From the human T2T-CHM13v2.0 reference genome, Homo sapiens, in assembly GCF_009914755.1 (NCBI RefSeq), contig NC_060932.1: a DNA stretch of 64,000 nucleotides; one strand, written 5' to 3'. Below are positions 13,323 through 30,126 of the stretch, one piece after another. The translations under genes and the position numbers were made by a program. Positions within the stretch are counted from its first letter, which is position 1. Each line of letters opens with the position of its first letter. The notes beneath the pieces were generated by a model that was given only the letters and a program-made list of their open reading frames with translations, had not been told where the DNA came from and searched no databases.

Positions 13323-15144
13323 GGAGAAGAGACGATCCTGAACAGAGTGTGCAATATAGAAGCTCAGTCTGAGGTGTCCAGAGATCAACCAGGAGTCGAA
13401 GTCTAGACACAGAGATGGATGAGTTGGGAGCTCAGGAGGGGCCAACGCTAGGGAAGACCCATACTGAACATCCTGTATCTACTCTAGTTTTGGCTCATTT
13501 TGTTGCCTTAGACAATTTGCTGTTAAGTAAAGTTATAGAATGAACACAATTATAGAATTATATTGCTCTGGTGGCTATCAGCCTTAATGCGGGTGGCAAA
13601 GCAACGCCTACATCCCCTCAGCCATAGCTCTTTGAGAGGCGTGACAGAAACAGGAAAGATGGGGAGAAATCATTGAGCAACCAGGTTAGCCTGTGCTTTC
13701 ACTGGAAATCTTTCATTAAACAGACGTTATACCTTTAGAGTTTACCTTAACCTGTCTTCAAAACTAAGGAACGACCCCACTAGAAATATGATTGTGGAAG
13801 CCATTAACGTACAGAAAAATTAGTTAATTATCCCTCAAGGGCAGAATGGTTAAAACAAGGAAAGCACGTACAAATGAGCATAAAGTTATGTTTTAATTGA
13901 AAGGCTAGGAGCATAAATTCAAAGACACTAAATAAGGTAGCACACTGCATCAATCTGAGTGAAAATGTCTCATCTGTGTTTTCTCATCTGTCATTTTGTC
14001 ATTGTGTTGCCTGTTTGTGTGAGCAATTATTTCCTTCTCAGGCCCATGCTTCAGAGCCTGCCTTGGGCGGGAGGGTCCAAGGCCTTGAGCTTCTTGGGCT
14101 GGCCAGTCTAGGGGTTCGTGTTTACACTGTAGTGAGGGACTCCACTGATGGTCCTGTTCATTCATTCATTCAACATCAGTAATTAGATATCCTCTACTAA
14201 ATATTGAGAATACAAGTCCCAAGTTAATGAATCTTGAATGGAGAAACCTCAGGTTTTCAGAAGGAGGGGAATGTAGCCTGAATGAGACCCTTCCGGACAG
14301 AAAATCACGACAGGGAAGACAAGCTGGGTATTCGCCCGCTGGGTACATCATTTATTAACTCAACAGATGTTAGCCCAGCACCTGTTCTGTGTGAGGCGTT
14401 ATGCTAGGAACTGGGTACAAAGAGGAAGGCCAGGAGGACAGGGGCCCTGACCTGGCTAAGCCTGAGGCTACACACACTCATCAGAGCCCTCAGGGATCCA
14501 CGTGCAGCCCTAACAGCCAATTCAGAGAACAGGACACAGTGGGTGATGTCAGCCATGAACAGGAGGGGCCCAGGTGATGATCAAGCACCTCCTTCCTTCT
14601 TCTTTCTTAACATTTGAGGAAATGAAGATGTTTGAGACTTTAAATAACACACCCAAGGATATAATTTATACCTTATTATTTTAAGCTTTCAGGTGCAATT
14701 GCATACATTTCTAAATAAGTTATGTAAAAGGCAGTGAAATGTTCCTAGGGTCTCACAATTTGTGATGGTTAATACTGAGTGTCAACTTGATTGGATTAAA
14801 GGATGCAAAGTGTTGATCCTGGGTGTGTCTCTGAGGGTGATGCCAAAGGAGATTAATATTTGAGTCAATGGATCAGGGAAGGCAGACTTACACTTAATCT
14901 GGATGGGTACCCTCTAATCAGCTGCCAGAGAATACAAAGCAGGCGGAAAAATATGAAAAGGTCAGACTGGCCTAGCCTCCCAGCCTACATCCTTCTCCTG
15001 TGCAGGATGCTTCCTGCCCTCCAGCATCAGACTCCAAGTTCTTCTGTTTTGGGACTCGGGCTGGCTCTCCTTGCTCCTCAGTTTGCAGATGGCCTATTGT
15101 GGGACCTTGTGAACATGTGAGTTAAAACCTAATAAACTCCCCTT

Positions 15145-16110
15145 TATATATATATAAATATCCCATATATATGTATCCCATATATATATATCCCGTATAT
15201 ATATCCCATATATATATATATATCCTATATACATATATCCCATATACATATATCCCATATATATATGCGATATATATATATGGGATATATATGGGGATAT
15301 ATATATTGCATATATATATGGGGATATATATATGGGATATTTATATATGAAGGATATATACATGGGATATATGTACATGGATATATATGTATGGGATATA
15401 TGTATATGGGATATATATGTATATGGGATATACATGTATGGGATGTATGTATATGGGATATATATGTATGGGATATATAAGTATACGGGATATACATGTA
15501 TATGGGATATATATGTATATGGGATATATGTATAGGGGATATATATGTATATGGGATATATATGTATGGGATATATATGTATATGGGATATATATGTATG
15601 GGATATATAAGTATACGGGATATACATGTATATGGGATATATATGTATATGGGATATATGTATAGGGGATATATATGTATATGGGATATATATGTATGGG
15701 ATATATATGTATATGGGATATATATGTATGTGATATATATGTATATGGGATATATATGTATATGGGATATATATGTATGGGTATATGTGTATGGGATATA
15801 TGTATATGGGATATATATGTATGGGATATATATGTATATGGGATATATGCATATGGGATATATATGTATATGGGATATATATGTATATAGGATATATATG
15901 TATATGGGATATATACATATAAGGGATATATATGTATGGGATATATATGTATATGGGATATATATGTATGGGATATATGTATATGGGATATATATGTATA
16001 TGAGATATATATGTATATGGTATATATAGGTATATGGGATCTATGTATAGGGGATGTATGTATATGGGATATATATGTGTGGGATATATATATGTATATA
16101 TATATATATG
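15145..16110. repeat. TA-rich minisatellite (15-17 bp units, e.g. gggatatatatgtatat) with an orientation switch
   Basis: tccc-containing units at 15145-15260, ggga-containing units from 15281; the same 60-mer recurs at 15481 and 15611 (130-bp higher-order period). Confidence 0.95.
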
Positions 16111-16116
16111 ATGTGC

Positions 16117-16259
16117 CTGGACACATCACAGGCACCTGATAAATGCTAACATTAGTTATGTGGAAATTATTACATGCTGTATTGTATTTAATTTCATAAA
16201 TTGCCTGAAAACTTTTATATCTCAGAAGCATATAGATCTTAAATACATCCTAACAGTAC
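16117..16259 (+). repeat. 143-bp dispersed duplicate of 21174-21316
   Basis: ungapped manual alignment, 11 mismatches in 143 bp (~92%), same orientation, offset 5057 bp. Confidence 0.95.
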
Positions 16260-16329
16260 TATATATATAGTCACATATAATCATATATATAATCATACAC
16301 ATATAATCATATATATAATCATATATATG

Positions 16330-16367
<38 letters not shown>

Positions 16368-17186
16368 TAGTTCTATCTCTTTAGATAACCCTGACTAATA
16401 TACCATCTATTTAGGCTTCACAAGCCTCTGCCTTGCTTTAAGGTGCTGTGAGCTCCTTGGGAGCCTCTTCATCTTATTCGTGTTGCATGCCCAGCACCGG
16501 CAGGCTGCCTGGGACACAAAACAGGCCCCTTGCTCAGGTGCTGTTAAATTGGAAAGAGCAGCCCTGGGCTTGGAGCCTAGAACTTCAGTTCTTGAGCAAT
16601 GACTTGAAAGCAGGCCCACTCACCTGTCACCACCTCTATCACTGGGAGATGGGGCACCAACCCTCATTTCCTCTGTCCTGTGTCGTTAGCCTGCTGGTCA
16701 TTTTTGAAAGAAAGTTTTCGACCACACATTTTTAGTTTCGATATGTTGCAATACTTAAACAAAAATAATTGAGAACACAAAAGACAGTAGGTTTTATTTA
16801 AATGAAGAAGCAAATTAACAAAGTCAACATCTTATCTTACTTTCAAAGTGTATCATTCTAAAAGGTTGATGCAGCGTTCAAGGTTAGGTGCTGTCTACCT
16901 CCTCTTGCAAACTTGTTTTCTAGTGTGAAATCTCTTTATGGTCAGGGATCTTATAAGTTTGATGAAATTGACTGAGTATGGCCTGATTTGTTATTTGCTC
17001 ATAAGATTTTTTAAAACTTACACATTATATTAAACCAAAGAGTCTTAACCATAAATTAAGAAATAGTCTGAGAATCCTAAGGTTCTCCCAATGGCTTCTG
17101 ACCTTCCCCTTTTTCAGTTGTAGTGTGTCGGCATTTAGAACCCACTCTTGCATTCTCAACCACAGCTCAGAAAACATAAACAGTCC

Positions 17187-17592
17187 AGGGTGTGCTGGTA
17201 CCAGAGTGTGGGAGCTGACTTTCAAATGTTCAAAACACGTGTAGGTCTGCTGCTATTTCAGTTTTAAATATTTAGATTATATAAACTTTACAAGAAATCA
17301 ATTATATTAAAACAGAGGTAATAATGGTTTAAAGCTCATGGATTCCCAATAATGTGTTTACATTTGGCCATTGTCTACTCTTGAAGGTATTTACTTTTTC
17401 ATCCGGTCAGAGTATGACATGGTGCAGTGTCACTGGGCATCTGTTCCCAAGGCTGTCTCCAGTGATGGGCATGGTGGTGGTTTGAAATTGGCCATGGTGG
17501 ATGTATTTAAACCAGGCAAATGGAAGAAGGCTGCATATCAGGCTCTTCTCCTGGGAGAACCCTTTGCTAAACATTTTCCAGCAGCACATTAC
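17187..17592. mobile_element. hAT-Blackjack DNA transposon relic, MER63-like
   Basis: cagggtgtgctggtacc... start and ...aaacattttccagcagcacatt end resemble MER63 termini; internal ttgaaattggccatggtgg. Confidence 0.65.
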
Positions 17593-18603
17593 CATGGGCA
17601 ATAGACTTGGAGACGCAGCTTCTACTCCTCCTTCAGGTTTTTCAATCCATGAAAATCCATGGTTTTTCTATCTTAAAAAGCCTTTTCCAACCTCTTCACC
17701 CCAAGGAGAATCAATAACTTATCTCGTTATTCCTATGCCTTATTGTAAGTACTTGTGTTGTAACACATACCATGCTTTCCTTGTTTAAGGTTCATTTCAT
17801 CTCTAGAAAGTGAGCATTTAGCGGTATGATTGATATACTGTAAATGTTCAATAAATGCTTACTGAGTTAATAATAAATGAATCAATTAATACAGAGTAGG
17901 AAGATATTAAAGGAAACTCTGATGCTATGTCATTAATGGGACACACAATCTGAAATTATTCAACCACATATGCCCCTGTGCATGAACCACAATAAACATT
18001 TCCAAATTCGTTTCTATTGAACACATGCTCTTTGTCCTCTTTTTCTCAAATCCGTATCCTCTACAAGCCTGCTTAACAGGTAAACTGAAAATTCAGCAAG
18101 TACTGAACAAAAGAATTGCAATTTCATGATTCAGTATTGGAAAATTAGCAAGAATATGGAGATGAAAGCATTTGAAGACGTAGCATCAACTCCCCTTGGT
18201 CTCTGGGTACAATGTGGCCCTGACTTATGACAAGCAAGAATGTGTTTAACAACCTACTCAACTGTGATGTTCATAAACATTTTACAGGAGAAAGTGTTTG
18301 CATCTTCAATATTTCACAAAGAGCCTACCCTCTCAGTATGCACATACTTGATTCAGAGCTAATTTTAACTTGAATAACTCAGCCTGTTTGACCTAACGGG
18401 TGCGGGCAACTTATATATAAAGCATTTACGGTGTGAGCTATTTTTAACTTACACCCAATCAGCTGGCTTGCTGCATGATATGAGCACTGCATTTTAGTCC
18501 ACGAAACTATTGGAGCTATTCCCTCAAGCATGAAAGCATGAAGGTGCAAACCTACACTGTGGGCACTGGAGTGCAACACGCCATCATTAGGAACTCTCTG
18601 GAG

Positions 18604-18888
18604 GGCCAGGCATGGTGGCTCACCCCTGTAATCCTAGCACTTTGGGAGGCCAAGGCAGGCAGAATGCTTGAGCTCAGCAGTTTCAGACGAGCCTGGGCAA
18701 CATGGCACAATCATGTCTCTAATCCAAATACAAAAATTAGCCAGGCATGGTGGCACATGCCTGTGGTCCCAGCCACTGTGGGAGAATAACTTGAGCCTGG
18801 GAGGCAGAGGTTGCAATGAGCCATGATAGTGTCATTGCACTCCAGCTTGAGTGACAGAGTGAGACTCCCTCTCAAAAGACAAAAAAAA
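18604..18888 (+). mobile_element. Alu (AluJ-type)
   Basis: diverged dimer with gcttgagctcag and cctgggcaacat diagnostic-type positions. Confidence 0.92.
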
Positions 18889-20232
18889 TCTCCCTAGAAA
18901 CTGTCCATTTGTCAATGTTGAGCAACATTCATAATGAAGACTTCGAGAAAATACAAGACCCTGAGTTGTCTCTAGAATTATCAAAAGCAGATTGTATTAT
19001 GGTTGACTTCATTTTGTTAGTTGACTGTAACCCATGTTGCTTTATTGCAAATTAATAAATCACCCAAAATACCACATTCTTTGAACTTACCATGTAAAAT
19101 ATCCTATAATCTGAAGATTAACAAATTATCATCACGAGCTAAGTAGAAGCCATAATTTTCTAAGCATTTCTCATTCAAATCAAGAATATTTAAATAGAAA
19201 ATACCACCATGGCTATTATCATTATTATTATAAACAAAAAATGATCACTACTCTTAAAAGTATTGGACAGTATACCGTGAATCATTAGATAATTTAACAA
19301 TATTATTAATTAAATGCTTACTATGTATCATGTACTACATTAAGCTACTGCAAAATATATTATAACTCCAGATTCTAGATATTAATATCCTTATTTTACA
19401 GATAATAAAACTGAGTCAAAAAGGACTTGATTTTTCTAGCCATATAACCAGCAGAGGCAGAGAATGAGATGAGAGCCCCAGTCTTGCTGATTCCAAGTCC
19501 CTGCCCTTCATCCCAACTTCACTCTTCAAAAAATGAAAGGTAACTATAGTTTTCAAAGAGGTGAAACCAATTCCAAATGAGGCTGCACTGAAGTTATCAG
19601 GGCACTTTGCAGTAAAGACTATCCTTTAAATTTGAAAAAGGATGGACAACGTAAGACTTGTTTATATCCTGGAAGATAATGAACTTATGCAACACTTCAC
19701 CCCCTAAGCCTCTGTAGGCCAAAAACATAAACAGGCACAAAAAGCGGTTAACATCAGTCTCCCTGGAAGGTTTTTAATGCCCAGTGATGCAGGGATTTAG
19801 GTGGATGTATTAATATCCACCTTTTGGAAACCTGACGAATACCGTCGACCATAAAACGCCATCTTGAAGAGATGCAGTGGCCTCCCCTCACCACTTTCCC
19901 ATCATGGCTCAAGTGCCACTTTCTCCACATGTCTTTCCCCACTAGTGGCTCCTTTTCTCCTCACAGAAGGCCTGACCACACCTGTTCTCCTTGCAGCACC
20001 TGTTGGTCTTCATTGACCTGGCTGGCATGTGCATGCCATTCCCCTGCTCCTGGAGGGTTGGCAGCACTATGCACATCCTCACGTCTCCACTGTCTAACAT
20101 GTCATTGCTATCCATGTAGCCTCCATAGTAAGGCCTCAGCAATGTGGGCTTGGATATGCTATCTTGCTTTGTTTGCTAATGAACAAAGGAAGTCTTCTGG
20201 ATGGAAAGACCAAAAATCCAAGAGAAGGTGAT

Positions 20233-20598
20233 TGCAATGGACTGAATATTTGTGTCCCACCAAAATTCATATGTTGAAGCCCCAATCTCCAATGAGATGG
20301 TGTTTGGAAGTGATGCTTTCAGGAAGTGATTTGGTTTACATGCAGACACGAGGGTTGATACCCCATGATGAGATTAGCACCCTTATAAGGAAAGGAGGAA
20401 ACCAGGGTGTTCTCTGCCACTCAAGGACACAATTAGAAGATGCCATCTGCAAACCAGGAAACGGGTCCTTGCAAGACTCTGAATCTATAAGCACCTTGAT
20501 CTTGGACTTCCAGTCTCAAAACTGTGAGAAATATATGTCTGTTGTTTAAGCTGCCCAGTCTATGATATTTTGTTATAGCAGCCAGAGTTGACTAAGCT
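20233..20598 (+). mobile_element. MaLR solo LTR, MLT1A-like
   Basis: tgcaatggactgaatatttgtgtcccaccaaaattcatatgttgaagccc...ttgatcttggacttccag...ttttgttatagcagccagagttgactaag. Confidence 0.85.
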
Positions 20599-20989
20599 GG
20601 TGGCATTTCCACCTTATGCAAATTTTCTAGACTAACGCTACTTCTCATGATTCTGTCTTGCTGAAGTTCTCTCTCAGCACTGTCCCATCATTGGAGAGTA
20701 ATGTACCTGAGTATTATTTTCTCAGCCCAGGCCTGCCATCTTCCCAGTCAGAGACTCTGTAATAGTTTACTGGTTTGGCCTTAGTATCTTATCATTTATG
20801 ACACATATAGGCATAGGAAGTCATCATTTGATTAGCACCTGTATCTCTTAATTAAATATATGCATGTGTGTTTATAAATGCTTGTTATAAGATACTATTA
20901 TACCTAGAATAGGTAAATTGTTTATTTTCTTCTGCTCAATTTTATAGTCTTCTCCTCGTTTGTCCATACTGCATTATGTGTTGAAGTAA

Positions 20990-21215
20990 ATACTAACCTT
21001 GGGGTCAGACATGTACAGTTTTGATCCCTGGCCCTAAGTGTTTACCAACTCTGTGGCCCTGGGGCAAGTTCCTAAGCTGTATTCTTTTCTGAAGAGCAGG
21101 TGGAGGTGGGTGGCCGCCCGCCAGGCAGGATTGTTGTCAAAACTAGATGAAAACTTATATACCAAGCACCATGCTGGACACGCCACAGGCACCCGATAAA
21201 TGCTAACATTAGTTA
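20990..21215 (+). mobile_element. MIR relic; its 3' end is part of the duplicated segment
   Basis: ggggtcagac...gtggccctggggcaagttcctaa...caggattgttgtcaaaactagatga...gataaatgctaac. Confidence 0.65.
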
Positions 21216-21514
21216 TGTAGAAATTATTACATGTTATATTGTATTTAATTTCATAAATTGCCTGAAAAATTTTATATCTCAGAAGCATATAGATCTTAAA
21301 TATATCCGAATGGTACACATGTTCTCCCTTACCATTAAAATCATATACACGGATATATGGAAACTTTTCCTAAGAAGGTTGCCGTGAGCTTGTGTGTTGT
21401 GGGACCACGCACACACATGTGGGTAGAGTATATGAATCAAGTTCCATATCTTAAAGATGAGTGTCCATTTCTATCAAACTCAGTGTGATCATTGAAATAT
21501 GTATATAATAAACA

Positions 21515-21947
21515 TAGCAAACACTTGGAACCAACCCAAATGCCCATCAATGATAGACTGGATAAAGAAAATGTGGCACATACACACCATGGAATAAAGG
21601 ATGAGTTCATTTCCTTTGCAGGGACATGGATGAAGCTGGAAACCATCATTCTCAGCAAATTAACACAAGAACAGAAAATCAAACACCACATGTTCACACT
21701 CATAAGTGGGAGTTAAACAATGACAACACAAGGACACAGGGAGGGGAACATCATGGACCGGGGCCTGTTGCGGGGTTGGGGGCAAGGGGAGGGAGAGCAT
21801 TAGAACAAATACCTAATGCATACGGGGCTTAAAAACTAGACATTGGGTAGATAGGTGCAACAAAAACCATGACACGTGTAGTTCTATGTAACAAGCCTGC
21901 ACATTCTGCACATGTAACCCAGAACTTAAAGTAAAATAAAAATAAAA
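21515..21947 (+). mobile_element. L1PA (about PA8-10) 3' end
   Basis: acttggaaccaacccaaatgcccatcaatgatagactgg...agaacttaaagtaaaataaaa; degenerate TSD gaaatatgtatataa/gaaacaggtatataa. Confidence 0.92.
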
Positions 21948-22913
21948 GAAACAGGTATATAAGACTTATAGAAATACACACAAGGAAAACACCGCTTAAA
22001 AGTCCAAGATTAATAGCATGCATCGAAAATTTCTCTCCCAGGAAAGTTATGGTTCCAACTAATGATTGATGTAACAAAATGACTTAATAACCATCTATAC
22101 CTTTTAAAAGTAATTCTTGAATAAATAAGCAGTTATTTGCCTCCCACACAAGAAAACATACCCAGTTCAAGGCCAATGCATGGGAAACAAACCTGATCCC
22201 ACAGTACAGGTTGTCAGGAAAGTCCTGGGTGAATGCACAGATCTGAGCACCACAGAAGACATCAGGAGACACAGGGAATGCCCAGGTGTCCCCAGGGTGG
22301 CTGGGCTCAGCGAGAGGCACCCAGAAGGGTTTGGAGATGTCTTAGATTCACGAAAGCCTAAGATTGGCCCTCTGAGTTTAGAACCTCTCTTTTAAGCAAA
22401 ACCTCCAGCTATTGACATGAAAAGATATCTATCCTTTAGGGCTCTTTGGCCAGAGCTGGGTAAATTCCCCTGTTTTGTTCTGGAAGTCTGTCTTTTGGAA
22501 AAAAGCCCTAAACTTTGTAAAACGGAAATGAAAACTTCTATCCAGAGTATATGTGCAATTTTTTAAAACCAGTAGATGACATAAAACTGCATATTTCAAT
22601 AACATTCTTTAACTCTAAACCCCCTTGCTGAAGCCATTTCAGCCCTTTTTTTCCATCATGAAACACCTCCCACTAATAGAGCTGTTTGTATTAGACAAAA
22701 TAAGACAGGAATGCACTTGAGGAGCAGAAACACTGACTTGGTGCAGGGACTCACAGCCTCCATCTGGGGTGTCTGCCTATCTTCAAAGCGTTCTGTCAAT
22801 ATTTAAAGACAGTGGGAGGGTGGTTCAAAGATGGCTGAATAGGAACAGCTCCAGTCTACAGCTCCCAGAGTGAGCGACGAAGAAGACAGGTGATTTCTGC
22901 ATTTCCAGCTGAG

Positions 22914-23860
22914 GAATGCAGCTCCTCACCAGCAACAGAACAAAGCTGGACGGAGAATGACTTTGATGAGCTGAGAGAAGAAGGTTTCAGATGATCAAAC
23001 TTCTCCGAGCTAAAGGAGGAAGTTCGAACCCATCACAAAGAAGTTAAAAACTTTGAAAAATGATTAGACGAATGGCTAACTAGAATAACCAATGCAGAAA
23101 AGTCTTTAAACGACCTGATGGAGCTGAAAACCATGGCACGGGAACTACGTGATGAATGCACAAGTTTGAACAGCCGATTCGATCAACTGGAAGAAAGGGT
23201 ATCAGTGACTGAAGATCAAATGAATGAAATGAAGTAAGAAGAGAAGTTTAGAGAAAAAGGAATAAAAAGAAATGAACGAAGCCTCCAAGAAATATGGGAC
23301 TATGTGAAAAGATCAAATCTATGTCTGATTGGTGTACCTGAGAGTGACGGGGAGAATGGAAACAAGTTGGAAAACACTCTGCAGGACATTATCAAGGAAA
23401 ACTTCCCCAACCTAGCAAGGCAGGCCAACATGCAAATTCAGGAAACACAGAGGACGCCACAAAGATACTCCTCGAGAAGAGCAACTCCAAGACACATAAT
23501 TGTCAGATTCACCAAAGCTGAAATGAAGGAAAAAATGTTAAGTGCAGCGAGAGAGAAAGGTCGGGTTACCCACAAAGGGAAGCCCATCAGACTAACAGCT
23601 GATCTCTCAGCAGAAAGTCTACAAGCCAGAAAAGACTGGGGGCCAATATTCAACATTCTTAAAGAAAACAATTTTCAACCCAGAATTTCATATCCAGCCA
23701 AATTAAGCTTCATAAGTGAAGAAATAAAATACTTCACAGACAAGCAAATGCTGAGAGATTTTGCCACCACCAGACCTCCCCTAAAAGACCTCCTGAAGAA
23801 GCACTAAACATGGAAAGGAACAACTGGTACTAGCCACTGCAAAAACATGCCAAATTGTAA
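22914..23860 (+). pseudogene. L1 ORF1p remnant lacking its start codon, with premature stops and a frameshift
   Basis: LIGVPESDGENGNKLENTLQDII...RHIIVRF...ISYPAKLSF; in-frame stops (aaatgattag, aagtaagaa); native end aaattgtaa. Confidence 0.93.
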
Positions 23861-23924
23861 AGACCATCGAGGCTAGGAAGAAAACTGTATCAACTAATGA
23901 GCACAATAACCAGCTAACATCATA

Positions 23925-27759
<3,835 letters not shown>

Positions 27760-28860
27760 ACAATGAGAACACATGGACACAGGAAGGGGAACATCACACA
27801 CCAGGGACTGTTGTGGGGTGGGGGTAGAGGGAAGGGATAGCATTAGGAGATATACCTAATGCTAAATGACAAGCTAATGGGTGCAGCACACCAACATGGC
27901 ACATGTATACATATGTAACAAACCTGCACGTTGTGCACTTGTACCCTAGAAGTATAATAAGAAATATACATATAAATATATAAAATTAAAAAATAAAATA
28001 ATAAAAAATAAATAAAAAAATAAAGACAGTGACCCCTGTGAATAGCCTGTGGACCCAGAATATGGATGGATCAGTCAAGGCAAAGTTCTTTCATTGTGTT
28101 CTCTTATTTATTCTTTTATACAACCACGAGTGAGCTGTTTATTCTGGGCACTGCATCCTTATCACTAAAGTAATTACAGGCAATGGTTTGAAACTATCTG
28201 CCTAAAGGGAATTCAGAATTAGAATCCTCCATTTCTGGAGGGGTGTTCATAGGTACCTGTCAGCCCTCCTCTCACTTGGAGGGGGAGGGATTTCTGCACT
28301 GTGCCAAAAAATCATTTGAAACCAAAAGAAAAATGAAATATGTTTAAAGCACTTTTTTGAATATCATTCTTCTGCCAGGTCTTCCGCTGAAAACATGTGC
28401 ATACTCTTTTAATTTAATACCTATAATTATCCTGTAAGGTTGTCATCTCTTTTCCACACTAGACAAAAAGAGGCTCAAGCTCCTACAACTAGTAGGTTCA
28501 ACTCAAACCCAGGTCTCCAGACCTAAAATGTTATGTTCTTCCAGTTAAACCACATCTGCTTTGTGTTAACTTGATAAAACCAATGTTTGCGTAATCATTC
28601 TAAGATGTAAAGAATATTCATGAATGTTAAGCTCGCAGTTTGCTTATTTTTATTTGATGTTTATTGATTTCAAAAAATGACTGTTAGACCACTAAGTTTT
28701 AGCAAATTTAGGACAATGCACACCTTTTGCTTCATGTGATTGAGAAGTATGAAGTAACTCATTAGAACACATTCAAATTAATGGACTAACACCAAAGAGA
28801 CAGTCTTTCTATTTTAATGTAGTGATAGTTACTCTAAACATGAAAAAAGCAACTTTAAAT

Positions 28861-29190
28861 GTATAGATATTATATATTATATAATATATAATTTATATAA
28901 TATATAATGCCTATATGTTATAATTTATATAATATATATTTACATGTTACATGTAATATATATAACATGTAAATATTATATATAATATATAACATAATAT
29001 ATAATATATAATTTATATATTATATAAAATATATAGCTATATGTTATATATTATATATAATATATAAATTATATATTATATAAAATATATAGCTATATGT
29101 TATATATTATATAAAACATACAAGCATGTTGTATATTACATAATATATAAAATGTATAACATATAAGTACATATATACAAAATATATTTT
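28861..29190. repeat. AT-rich low-complexity tract with a 56-bp tandem duplication and inverted repeats
   Basis: gctatatgttatatattata recurs at 29036 and 29092; atatttacatgtta (28936-28949) is the reverse complement of taacatgtaaatat (28963-28976). Confidence 0.9.
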
Positions 29191-29367
29191 TTTCATCTGC
29201 ATGACTCATAGTACTTAACAATTTTATTTAGATATAGGTTTTGGGATTTTTCTTTGCTTGCTAATTATGAACATATATTTTATCTTTTTTACTGGCCATC
29301 TAGAAACAAATGGCACTGTCTTTCTATATCATCATTGTTGAACCCAGTTGCAGATACTGATACAGTC

Positions 29368-29507
29368 TTTTTTTTTTTTTTTTTTAGACGGAGTCTCGCT
29401 CTCTCGCCCAGGCTGGAGTGCAGTGGCGCTATCTCCGCTCACTGCTAGCTCCGCCTCGCAGGTTCACGCCATTCTCCTGCCTCAGCCTCCAGAGGAGTAG
29501 CTGGGAC
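29368..29507 (-). mobile_element. 5'-truncated AluY-type right arm
   Basis: CpG-rich gacggagtctcgctct...ggttcacgccattctcc; TSD ctgatacagt at 29357-29366 and 29508-29517. Confidence 0.92.
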
Positions 29508-30126
29508 CTGATACAGTTTTAAAATAGAGTCAGAGCTTGACGGCAGCCTAATTTTAGTCACCCTCATTCTCCTTGCTATAGATCATATTCCAAACTAGTA
29601 TTTCCATCACGACTCTTATTACATTCAGAATTCTTACATACTTTATTGCAGTTCTAAATTCTCTTCTGAAATTTGTAATGATGCCGGGAAGCACTTGGCC
29701 AAAGTGGACAATTAAACTGCCTTTGGAATAACCTGTGGTAGGAAAGTCAATACGGGAATCAATATTTTTGGACTGAAGTGAGCTCCACTTAGAAGGATCA
29801 GCATCATCCAAGCCCAGTTTTTGAAATAAAAATAAGAGATGTCTTCATTATAAAACGATTTACTGGGTTCATTATAGAAAATGCATGGCTGGATTTTTAA
29901 AGTGTTTTGATGTCATCATTTCAGTCACATTTAAATTGATGGATAAAATCAAATCCAAAGTTGCAAAATTGAAGCCACTGCCCTTGTTTTACACCAAAAA
30001 TAGTGACTATAAAATAAAGTTGCCTCAGGGCTAATTGTACCCATTACGTTGAGTTTAATGACTCGGCAGTCTAGTTGTCTTTCCCCCTGTAAAAATTTTT
30101 TGAATCTTCATTACACATCATCAAAC

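Larger units (their letters stand above)
14761..16402 (+). mobile_element. ERVL solo LTR MLT2A1, inflated by a ~1.2-kb minisatellite and an inserted 143-bp copy
   Basis: tgtgatggttaatactgagtgtcaacttgattggatt...aataaactcccct (14761-15144); LTR end attagttctatctctttagataaccctgactaatata at ~16366-16402; short form lacking the MLT2A2 middle segment. Confidence 0.9.

Noticed and set aside
15094-16231. Long ORFs of 274, 296 and 177 aa rich in Tyr/Ile/His/Pro or Tyr/Met/Gly
   Set aside because: They are translations of the TA-rich minisatellite, open in several frames on both strands because the unit lacks stop codons.
29554-29811. 85-aa minus-strand ORF and a possible ~90-nt exon (ccacag|GTTATT...AATAAA|gtatgt)
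   Set aside because: No recognisable protein similarity, a weak pyrimidine tract and no partner exons; not distinguishable from chance without RNA data.
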